Assembly: GCA_947652325.1 (NCBI GenBank)
Contig: CANTCQ010000001.1
Span: 134,725 to 198,724 of the forward strand
Length of the DNA stretch: 64,000 nt
Reading direction: 5' to 3'
Source of the DNA: an uncultured Mycoplasmatota bacterium
GTDB lineage: Bacteria; Bacillota_I; Bacilli_A; RF39; UBA660
Below are positions 9,427 through 16,979 of this stretch, one piece after another. The position numbers were made by a program, and so were the translations under genes. Numbering within the stretch: position 1 is the first letter of the stretch; each line of letters starts with the position of its first letter. The notes under the pieces are model-generated. The model was not told the DNA's origin. It did no database searches and saw nothing but the letters and a program-made list of their open reading frames with translations.

Positions 9427-11265
9427 ATGTGCGGAATTGTTGGGTTTGTAGATAATAGAAAAACAAAAGAAAAAAAGGAAATTATTAAAAAAATGGCGGA
9501 CCGTATTATTCACCGTGGACCAGATGCAGAAGGATATTATACTGATGCTATTGTTGCTTTAGGGCATCGTAGGCTATCTATATTGGATTTATCGAAAAGT
9601 GGAGCGCAACCAATGTATAACGAAGATAAGAGTCTTGCTGTTGTTTTTAATGGGGAAATTTATAATTATGAAAGTATTCGAGAAGAATTAAAACAAAAGG
9701 GCCATATTTTTAAAACGAAAACAGATACTGAAGTTATCCTTCATGGATATGAAGAATTTAAGGAAAAATTGTTTTCTCAGTTACGAGGTATGTTTTCGTT
9801 TGTTATATATAATAAAAATACCAGTGAATTAGTAGGAGTGCGCGACCATTTTGGAATAAAACCTTTTTATTATTATAAGAAGGATAAAACACTTTTGTTT
9901 GGTTCTGAGATTAAATCTTTTTTGGAACACCCAGACTTTTCTAAAGTTGTGAATACCAATGCTTTAAAAATGTTTTTAATTTTTCAATATTCTGTTCATG
10001 AAGAAACTTTCTTTAAAGATGTGTATAAGTTAAAACCTGGCCACTATTTTAAATATAAAAATGGAAAAATGATAATCAAAGAATATTTTCATGTGGACTA
10101 TGTAAAAAGTGATAAGCCATATGATGTTTATAAAAAAGAGTTAACAAGTATTTTAGAGGATTCTATTAAATATCATCAAACAACCAGTGATGTAGAAGTG
10201 GGTTCTTATTTGTCGGGTGGAGTGGATTCGTCGTATGTGGTCAGTGTTGCAAAACCTGATAAAACGTTTTCAGTAGGATTTGATATGCCTGGTTTTGATG
10301 AAACCGGACTTGCTCATGATTTATCGAAGAAATTAAATATTAAAAATTTTCAAAAGAAAATAACTAGCGATGAATTTTTCAAAATTTTACCAACCATTAT
10401 GTATCATACGGATGAACCACATGCCAATCTTTCCACTGTTCCTTTGTATTTTTTATCTGGTCTTGCTCATGAACAAGTAAAGGTCGTTTTATCAGGAGAA
10501 GGTAGTGATGAGATGTTTGCAGGTTATAATGAATATTATGAACCACTAAGTTTACGACTTTACACGAAATTACCTCTTGGTTTACGAAAAATAATTGCTA
10601 AGTTTGTAAATCCACTTCCACATTTTCCAGGTCAAAATACCTTAAAACTTTATGGGAAACCTTTTTATGAACGATACATTGGTCATGGTTCATATATGTC
10701 TGAAGAGGAAGCAAATGACATATTAGCACCTGATTTAAGAAATAAAGAGACTATTGTTGATGTTATAAAACCTTATTATGAAAACGTAAAAGATTGTGAT
10801 GAAATTACGAAAAAAATGTACATTGATATGCATTTTTGGTTGCCGCAAGATATATTGTTAAAAGCTGATAAAATGACGATGGCTAATTCCATTGAGCTTC
10901 GTGTTCCTCTTTTGGATAGCGTTCTTTATTCTTATGCAAAACAAATTCCAACAAAGTATTTTGTTCGAAATAAAGAAACAAAGTCTATTTTTCGTGATAT
11001 TGCGAAGGAAAAAATACCAGAAGAATGGTCAAAGCGAAGAAAACTTGGATTTCCTGTGCCGTTTTCAAAATGGATAAAGGAAGAAAAATATTATTTTATG
11101 GTAAAGGAAAAATTTGAAAGTGAATATGCCTCTTTATTTTTTGATAAAGAATATATTTGTGATTTATTATATAACCATTATCACAATATTAATAATAATG
11201 GTCGAAAAATTTATAATATTTATGTATTTTTGGTTTGGTATGACATATATTTTAATAAAAATTAG
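9427..11265 (+). CDS. asnB: asparagine synthetase (glutamine-hydrolysing)
   Basis: N-terminal 'MCGIVGF' Ntn-amidotransferase start, 'HRGPD', 'SGGVDSS' PP-loop, 'DKMTMANSIELRVPLLD'. Confidence 0.95.
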   Translation: MCGIVGFVDNRKTKEKKEIIKKMADRIIHRGPDAEGYYTDAIVALGHRRLSILDLSKSGAQPMYNEDKSLAVVFNGEIYNYESIREELKQKGHIFKTKTDTEVILHGYEEFKEKLFSQLRGMFSFVIYNKNTSELVGVRDHFGIKPFYYYKKDKTLLFGSEIKSFLEHPDFSKVVNTNALKMFLIFQYSVHEETFFKDVYKLKPGHYFKYKNGKMIIKEYFHVDYVKSDKPYDVYKKELTSILEDSIKYHQTTSDVEVGSYLSGGVDSSYVVSVAKPDKTFSVGFDMPGFDETGLAHDLSKKLNIKNFQKKITSDEFFKILPTIMYHTDEPHANLSTVPLYFLSGLAHEQVKVVLSGEGSDEMFAGYNEYYEPLSLRLYTKLPLGLRKIIAKFVNPLPHFPGQNTLKLYGKPFYERYIGHGSYMSEEEANDILAPDLRNKETIVDVIKPYYENVKDCDEITKKMYIDMHFWLPQDILLKADKMTMANSIELRVPLLDSVLYSYAKQIPTKYFVRNKETKSIFRDIAKEKIPEEWSKRRKLGFPVPFSKWIKEEKYYFMVKEKFESEYASLFFDKEYICDLLYNHYHNINNNGRKIYNIYVFLVWYDIYFNKN

Positions 11266-11284
11266 ATTTTTTTTCATTCCTATA

Positions 11285-11313
11285 TTGACATAATTTAACT
11301 ATTTTGTTATAGT
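11285..11313 (+). promoter_or_regulatory. sigmaA-type promoter of the five-tRNA operon
   Basis: TTGACA-N17-TATAGT, ending ~18 nt before tRNA-Val. Confidence 0.6.
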
Positions 11314-11331
11314 TGATTATGTCCAGTACAT

Positions 11332-11408
11332 GGGCGCTTAGCTCAGTTGGTTAGAGCACCTGCCTTACAAGCAGGGGGTCATAGGTTCGAGTCCTATAGC
11401 GCCCACCA
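11332..11408 (+). tRNA. tRNA-Val (TAC)
   Basis: GGGCGCTTAGCTCAGTTGGTTAGAGC...CT-TAC-AA...GGTTCGAGTCC...CCCACCA. Confidence 0.95.
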
Positions 11409-11420
11409 TTTATTTTTTTT

Positions 11421-11496
11421 GCCGACATAGCGTAATTGGTAGCGCAACTGACTTGTAATCAGTAGGTTGGGGGTTCGATTCCCTCTGTCGGCACCA
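11421..11496 (+). tRNA. tRNA-Thr (TGT)
   Basis: GCCGACATAGCGTAATTGGTAGCGC...CT-TGT-AA...GGTTCGATTCC...GGCACCA. Confidence 0.95.
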
Positions 11497-11504
11497 CTTA
11501 AATT

Positions 11505-11588
11505 GGAGGGATAGCGAAGTGGTCAAACGCGGCAGACTGTAAATCTGTTCCTTCGGGTTCCATGGTTCAAATCCATGTCCCTCCACCA
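11505..11588 (+). tRNA. tRNA-Tyr (GTA)
   Basis: GGAGGGATAGCGAAGTGGTCAAACGC...CT-GTA-AA, with a long variable arm, then ...GGTTCAAATCC...CCACCA. Confidence 0.95.
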
Positions 11589-11600
11589 TTTCTTAATTAT

Positions 11601-11676
11601 TGCCTCGTAGCCAAGTGGTAAGGCATCAGACTTTGACTCTGACATTCCGGTGGTTCGAACCCACCCGAGGCAGCCA
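11601..11676 (+). tRNA. tRNA-Gln (TTG)
   Basis: TGCCTCGTAGCCAAGTGGTAAGGC...CT-TTG-AC...GGTTCGAACCC...GGCAGCCA. Confidence 0.9.
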
Positions 11677-11687
11677 TTTTTAATTTT

Positions 11688-11763
11688 GATCCGCTAGCTC
11701 AGTTGGTAGAGCATTTGACTTTTAATCAAAGGGTCTTGGGTTCGAATCCCAAGCGGGTCACCA
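11688..11763 (+). tRNA. tRNA-Lys (TTT)
   Basis: GATCCGCTAGCTCAGTTGGTAGAGC...CT-TTT-AA...GGTTCGAATCC...GGTCACCA. Confidence 0.95.
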
Positions 11764-11827
11764 AAATTGATTTATTAATGCGGACTTAAGGTTCGTTTTT
11801 TTAACTAAATATTTAGGAGATTTTTTT

Positions 11828-12277
11828 ATGCAAATAGAGAAAAAGATAAAATTTGATAATTACGTTTATTATGTGCAAATTGATGTAGAGTATAAGCAAG
11901 CTGTTACTTATCATCCTGTCTACGGGTATGAAACGGAAGATTTTCCAGAATTATATCTTAAAAATTTTAAAAATAATTATTGGGATGAAGGAAATTGTTC
12001 TATTTTAATAGAAAAAATAGAACAATCATATACTTTTGAAAAAGCAGAAGTTTATGATGAAAATATACCTTTGATGGCGGATGTGTTATATATCTACGAA
12101 AGAATACCCTTTTTAAGTGGTATAAAAAAAGCTTATTTTTCAGATGATGATACTCTTCCTCGTTCTATCACTTATATTTCCAAAAGTGAAATTGATAAAT
12201 ATATTGAAGATTTTCATATTAAAATGAATCATAATCCTGATTTTACTTTATCGAGTGAATCTACTTGGAGAATATAA
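11828..12277 (+). CDS. hypothetical protein (149 aa)
   Basis: ORF with an AGGAGA RBS ~9 nt upstream. No recognisable motif. Confidence 0.55.
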   Translation: MQIEKKIKFDNYVYYVQIDVEYKQAVTYHPVYGYETEDFPELYLKNFKNNYWDEGNCSILIEKIEQSYTFEKAEVYDENIPLMADVLYIYERIPFLSGIKKAYFSDDDTLPRSITYISKSEIDKYIEDFHIKMNHNPDFTLSSESTWRI

Positions 12278-12331
12278 AAAATATTGGATTTTTACAATGT
12301 AGCTTATAAAATTAATATGAATTTAAAGAAT

Positions 12332-12357
12332 AAACGGTTTGTAAGATAACCGTTTTT
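12332..12357 (+). terminator. intrinsic terminator
   Basis: Stem AAACGGTT/AACCGTTT with an 8-nt loop, followed by a T-run. Confidence 0.7.
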
Positions 12358-12409
12358 ATGTTATTCTGTAGTTGTTTAGAAGAAATAAGCTATTTTTTTA
12401 GGAGGATGA

Positions 12410-13286
12410 ATGGAAAAAATAAAAGAATTATTAGAAACGATAAATTTTTTTAAAAATACTGAGTATGAAATTTTGCCTATTCAAAAATGTAATAAAAATT
12501 ATAAATTTTTATTAACTATGCAGAATAAAAAGTATTTATTAATTTTTGGAGAAAAGAATATTCAAAAATATAAAATTCGGTTTCAAAAACTTGGAAAATA
12601 TTTTGAACAATTGGTAGGTTTGCAATATATGGATGAAGAAAATAATTTTCTTTTACTCGATTATTATGGAAATGGCGAGGGTACTGTATTATCACAGTGT
12701 AAGCTAAATCAAGAAGAAAATGAATTTATTGCAGATAAGTTAAAAAAAATTTTAGATAGTATTCACTATTCACCAACACAAGAGTCCTTTTATTAATTTA
12801 TCCACTCGTTTTAACAATACTAGTTGGTATGAATTTATTATATCTTACATGAAACTTTATGCAGATTATGCTTTAGAACAAAATGATTTAACTAAAGAAG
12901 ATTATGCTTTCATTTTTCAAATTATTGAAAAAAATAAAATTTATTTAGATACAGTTTCTTTACATTATTTACACGGGGATATTAATGAAGATAATGTTTG
13001 CTTTAATAGTACTAAAAAAGAATTATATTTAATTGATTATGATGATTTTTTAGTAGGAGATATTTTATATGAATATGCTAGAATGTTTCAATATAAAGAG
13101 ATTTCCGCATTTCAAATTTTAAAAGATAAGTATTATAAGGACATTGAAAATAATGAAATCTTTTTGATTTATACTTTAAGAAATTGGTTACTTTCTTATT
13201 GCTTTGAACATGTCAATCAATTGAAATGTGAAAATTCATCAAATCATTATCATCAAGTTTTAAATAAATTGAAAACAGTTTGTTAA
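12410..13286 (+). pseudogene. aminoglycoside/choline-kinase-family phosphotransferase split by a frameshift
   Basis: The N-lobe ORF is 12410-12796 and the C-lobe ORF is 12849-13286, with 'LHGDINEDNVCF' (catalytic HxDxxxxN) and 'LIDYDD'. The C-lobe frame stays open back to ~12780, so a single +/-1 shift near 12780-12795 separates the halves. Confidence 0.7.
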
Positions 13287-13325
13287 TTATGCTTTATGAA
13301 AAAAATAATTATGGAGGTTAAACAT

Positions 13326-13412
13326 ATGCTTAAATATCCAAGAGACATGCATAGTGGTGTATTATGGGCAAAACTAGAAGTTTTAGAACAAGTTTTTACT
13401 CCTTTGTTTTAA
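13326..13412 (+). CDS. candidate small protein (28 aa)
   Basis: GGAGG 8 nt before the ATG. Sequence 'MLKYPRDMHSGVLWAKLEVLEQVFTPLF'. Below the ORF-track cutoff and not otherwise supported. Confidence 0.3.
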   Translation: MLKYPRDMHSGVLWAKLEVLEQVFTPLF

Positions 13413-13439
13413 TAAATATAAAAAATGAAGGAGTAAATA

Positions 13440-13868
13440 ATGAAATATGAAGATAAGAAAATTGTAGGTATTATTGCGACTGATGTAGAAGCTTCTGTTG
13501 CTTTAAATGTGATAGGTCATCTTTCTATCGCCGTTGGAAAATATTCTAGTAAAGAAATTATGGGAAAATCTGTATTGATAGATAAATCAAATGGTACACA
13601 TTTAGGAATTAGTCAATTTCCTTTTATTATTACAAAAGTTAGAAAGAGTAAACTAAAAGAAAAGATTCAAAAAGCAAAACAAAATCCTAATTTATTAGTG
13701 GCAGATTATCCTAAAGAAATGTTAGAAACAAGAACAGATGAAGAACTTGTAGATGCTATAGCAAATAGAGAAAATAATGAGCTAGAATATTTAGGAGCGA
13801 TTCTTTATGGAGATATCAAAGATGTAAACGAAATTACAGGAAAATTTCAGTTGTGGAAAATAGAATAA
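13440..13868 (+). CDS. hypothetical protein, DUF2000-like (tentative)
   Basis: 142-aa ORF with an AGGAG RBS. 'KIVGIIATDVEASVALNVIGHLSIAVG' resembles the DUF2000 / Pth2-like fold family. This assignment is from memory only. Confidence 0.5.
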   Translation: MKYEDKKIVGIIATDVEASVALNVIGHLSIAVGKYSSKEIMGKSVLIDKSNGTHLGISQFPFIITKVRKSKLKEKIQKAKQNPNLLVADYPKEMLETRTDEELVDAIANRENNELEYLGAILYGDIKDVNEITGKFQLWKIE

Positions 13869-13881
13869 AAAAAATTAATAG

Positions 13882-13912
13882 ATACATTCAAATATTTTGG
13901 ATGTATTTTTTG
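13882..13912 (+). terminator. intrinsic terminator
   Basis: 11-bp stem ATACATTCAAA/TTTGGATGTAT (one G-U pair), followed by TTTTTT. Confidence 0.65.
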
Positions 13913-14157
13913 TTTTATAAAAGTGCAAAAGTATATGTTTATTTTAGGACTTAAAATGTGCTTTTTTTTGCTCTAATATTAAAATATAAATAATTTAAAA
14001 TTTTTTCGACCTTTTTCGACATTTTTATGGCCTAAACATTATTATACTCTTAGCAAACAAACTATTATTTATTCCAATGTATGGGACTCATTTTAACGAT
14101 GTGTCGTTAATAAGTTTGGGCTTTTAGTTGGTATACTTGAGTCATAAGGTGGTTTAT

Positions 14158-14397
14158 ATGAAATTATCTAGCGCAGTATCTAAAAAAATTTTGAAGATAT
14201 GTCAAGAAAAAGATATCTCTATCAATATGCTTGCATCACAATGTTGCGTTACGCAAAGTACAGCACAAAGTTTAATAGATGGTAAATCCAAAAATCCTAA
14301 ATTATTAACTATTATTCGTGTTTGTCAAGGGTTAGATATTCCGTTAACAGAATTTTTTAATGATAGTTTGTTTGAAAATATAGAGAGGGAAGATTAA
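14158..14397 (+). CDS. XRE-family helix-turn-helix transcriptional regulator
   Basis: 'ISINMLASQCCVTQSTAQSLIDGKSKNPKLLTIIRVCQGLDIPLTEFF' is a classic HTH_XRE. AAGGTGG precedes ATG 14158; the ORF track opens at 14128. Confidence 0.8.
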   Translation: MKLSSAVSKKILKICQEKDISINMLASQCCVTQSTAQSLIDGKSKNPKLLTIIRVCQGLDIPLTEFFNDSLFENIERED

Positions 14398-14625
14398 GTG
14401 AAACAAATTAAAGAAACGGAGAAATTAACAACTATTATTGTAGAAGATGGAGATGTCCTTGAAATTATGTCTTTAAAAAAAAGTACCGAGAAAGTGGTTA
14501 TAAAGTGTTTAAACTCTGTACTGCATATTGATGAAATATTAATAGAAGATATAAAAAAAATGCAAATGGAAAAAGAAGAAATGAAAAAGATGGATGAATA
14601 TTTAAAAGAACATGAAAATGACTAA
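14398..14625 (+). CDS. small acidic hypothetical protein (75 aa)
   Basis: GTG start directly abutting the XRE stop codon, which suggests translational coupling. No recognisable motif. Confidence 0.45.
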   Translation: MKQIKETEKLTTIIVEDGDVLEIMSLKKSTEKVVIKCLNSVLHIDEILIEDIKKMQMEKEEMKKMDEYLKEHEND

Positions 14626-14662
14626 TTGCATTTTAATTCTTTCATAAATTCCATTTAATTAC

Positions 14663-14691
14663 TTGCAATTTTAAAATGTCTATACTATAAT
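14663..14691 (+). promoter_or_regulatory. sigmaA-type promoter of tRNA-Arg
   Basis: TTGCAA-N17-TATAAT, ending ~18 nt before the tRNA. Confidence 0.6.
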
Positions 14692-14709
14692 AATATTGCA
14701 TTTTAATTT

Positions 14710-14786
14710 GCACCCATAGCTCAATTGGATAGAGCGCTAGACTACGGATCTAGAGGTTAGGGGTTCGACTCCCTTTGGGTGCACCA
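14710..14786 (+). tRNA. tRNA-Arg (ACG)
   Basis: GCACCCATAGCTCAATTGGATAGAGC...CT-ACG-GA...GGTTCGACTCC...GTGCACCA. Confidence 0.95.
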
Positions 14787-14799
14787 TTTAAATTTTTTG

Positions 14800-14827
14800 T
14801 AGCAATTTTAAAATTTGATGCTATAAT
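14800..14827 (+). promoter_or_regulatory. promoter of tRNA-Pro (extended -10)
   Basis: TAGCAA-N16-TGcTATAAT. It shares the block GCAATTTTAAAAT with the tRNA-Arg promoter. Confidence 0.5.
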
Positions 14828-14838
14828 ATAGTATGTAT

Positions 14839-14915
14839 CGGGAAGTGGCTCAACTTGGTAGAGCACTTGGTTTGGGACCAAGGGGTTGCAGGTTCAAATC
14901 CTGTCTTCCCGACCA
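14839..14915 (+). tRNA. tRNA-Pro (TGG)
   Basis: CGGGAAGTGGCTCAACTTGGTAGAGC...TT-TGG-GA...GGTTCAAATCC...CCCGACCA. Confidence 0.95.
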
Positions 14916-14929
14916 TTTAAGAATAGTAA

Positions 14930-14957
14930 AAGATATCTGATTAAGATATCTTTTTAT
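14930..14957 (+). terminator. intrinsic terminator after tRNA-Pro
   Basis: Perfect 9-bp stem AAGATATCT/AGATATCTT with a 5-nt loop and a T-run. Confidence 0.75.
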
Positions 14958-15514
14958 TATGTAAATATTTGGTTTTTAAACAAAAAAAGTATTATATTTA
15001 AATTATTATTTGATTAAATTATTTTGCTATCTATTTCTTTTATTTAAATCAAGTGCTTTTATTTTCCCTTGTTATTTACTTTTTGAAAAAATATCTATTG
15101 TAAAGTGATTCTTTATTTGTTCTATTCATTTTAGGAATTTTTGTGCACTTTTTAATTGGTGAAATGAAATGGCATAATATTTATAATATTCAATATATTT
15201 TACCACGCTTTTTTTTAGTTAAAGACCAGTTTACTTTAATGGGTTTAAATTTTCAGTATGTACTTTTTTGTTTTGCATTCAAACTTATAATAATCTGATA
15301 TTTCTAAAAAAAACTTCTGGTTTACCTATTAAATTTTCAAAGTTTTTTTCAAATATTTATGTATTTATTTTTTATTGATTATGTTTTTAAAATCTTTTTG
15401 CTTTTTTTCAGTTTTTTGTTGAAAATAATTGAAATGTCATAAAAATTTTAAAAAAAGTTGTAATATTTTTTTAATTGTTTTATTATAATTGCAAAACAAA
15501 AAGGAGATGGAAAT

Positions 15515-15886
15515 ATGTTAAAAAAAAATAATAATATTGGAGATAAAAATAACACTTTTGTTCCTAGTTTAGATACTGGATTATTGGCAATGGAACATTA
15601 TGATATACGTGGTAGTTTATTTGAAAATGGAAATTATACTTTGTTAAATTTGTCTCAAATTGATGCTTTAATTTGTTCTTATAAAGAAGAACAATTAGAG
15701 GATATTCAAATAGCAAGTCAATTAAATGAAACATTGCAGAAGTTAGGTATTCAAATGGATTATGTAATAGATGAAAAATTTGTTCAATCTAGAATAAAAA
15801 GTATTAAAGAAATGTATGATTCTTTTTGCAAAAGTTATGCATATAGTGCAGCTTATAGGGAAACTCATCCTTATAGAAAAGGTTAA
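15515..15886 (+). CDS. hypothetical protein (123 aa)
   Basis: AAGGAGA RBS 7 nt upstream. Preceded by ~560 bp of very AT-rich non-coding DNA. No recognisable motif. Confidence 0.55.
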   Translation: MLKKNNNIGDKNNTFVPSLDTGLLAMEHYDIRGSLFENGNYTLLNLSQIDALICSYKEEQLEDIQIASQLNETLQKLGIQMDYVIDEKFVQSRIKSIKEMYDSFCKSYAYSAAYRETHPYRKG

Positions 15887-16079
15887 TATTTTTTATTCAT
15901 GAAGGTAAAAAAATTTCTTGTTTTTATGAGAGTTTTTATTATATAGATTTTATATACATTTTTTTGCATTTATCATGAAGGAACGAATAAAAAAACATAT
16001 ACCCAACAATTGGATTTTTTACATATTTTTTATTTTTATCCGCATCTATAAATACTTTTTTTTTTCTTTATCATAAGGT

Positions 16080-16880
16080 ATGGTAGAGGGAGGATTGATT
16101 TTTTTGAGTAGAGTGTTACATAATGCTAGAAATCAAATTATTCGTAGGTATAATTTTCTTACTCATCGTGGTGTGGATGTAGTAAAAGAGGAAAATAAAG
16201 TTTCGGAAATTCTTTCTCACAGTGATGGTGTTGTTTTTTTTGTTGGAAATGAAAAAAATTTTTCTAAAAAAAAAGAAAGTTATGGAAATTTTGTTATTTT
16301 AGAACATGAAAATGGTTATTTTACTTTGTATGCGCATTTGGAAAAAATTTTTGTTGTAGTAGGTGAATGTTTAAAACAAGGGGATATTATTGGTATTATG
16401 GGAGCAAGTGGAACAAAGCGTAGTCATTTGCATTTTGAAGTTCGGAATGCAAAAAATAAGCGTGTTAATCCAACGAAATATTTAGATGCTGAGTTACCTA
16501 AAGATAGGGAAAAAACAGCAATTCGTTATCAAATATATGATAATAAAGAAAAAAAATGGTTGCCTCTTGTAAGAGATAATGAAAGTTATGCTGGTATCTT
16601 TGGAAATCCTATTGGAGCTATTCTTATTCAGAGTTCTTTTCCTATAAAGTATAAAGTGTATCAACAAAAAAAGTGGCGTAGTTTTGATGCTAATAAAGAA
16701 CAAGATATGAATTATATTCCTATTTACGGATTTAAAATCATTTGTTTCAAAAATTTAGTATATCGTGTACATTTTGTGGGAACTCAGTGGTCAAATTGGA
16801 TATGTGCCGAAGAAGAAAATAAAATTTTAAATAAAAAAAGAGCAATTGATGCAATTCAAATACGATTAAAAGAGGATTAA
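16080..16880 (+). CDS. M23 (LytM-type) metallopeptidase with C-terminal ChW-like repeats
   Basis: 'HRGVD' and 'SHLHFEV' zinc motifs. Three ChW-like units ('IRYQIYDNKEKKWLPLV..AGIFGNPIGAILIQ', 'YRVHFVGTQWSNWI...AIDAIQIRL'). No signal peptide. GGGAGG inside the ORF suggests a TTG start at 16104. Confidence 0.8.
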   Translation: MVEGGLIFLSRVLHNARNQIIRRYNFLTHRGVDVVKEENKVSEILSHSDGVVFFVGNEKNFSKKKESYGNFVILEHENGYFTLYAHLEKIFVVVGECLKQGDIIGIMGASGTKRSHLHFEVRNAKNKRVNPTKYLDAELPKDREKTAIRYQIYDNKEKKWLPLVRDNESYAGIFGNPIGAILIQSSFPIKYKVYQQKKWRSFDANKEQDMNYIPIYGFKIICFKNLVYRVHFVGTQWSNWICAEEENKILNKKRAIDAIQIRLKED

Positions 16881-16979
16881 GTTCCTTTTTTGTTTGTTAG
16901 TAGAAAGAAAAATGTCTTTTTCTTTGTTTTGCTATTTTTTTGTTCCTATAGTATACTAATTAAAGATAGGGTTGATAGT

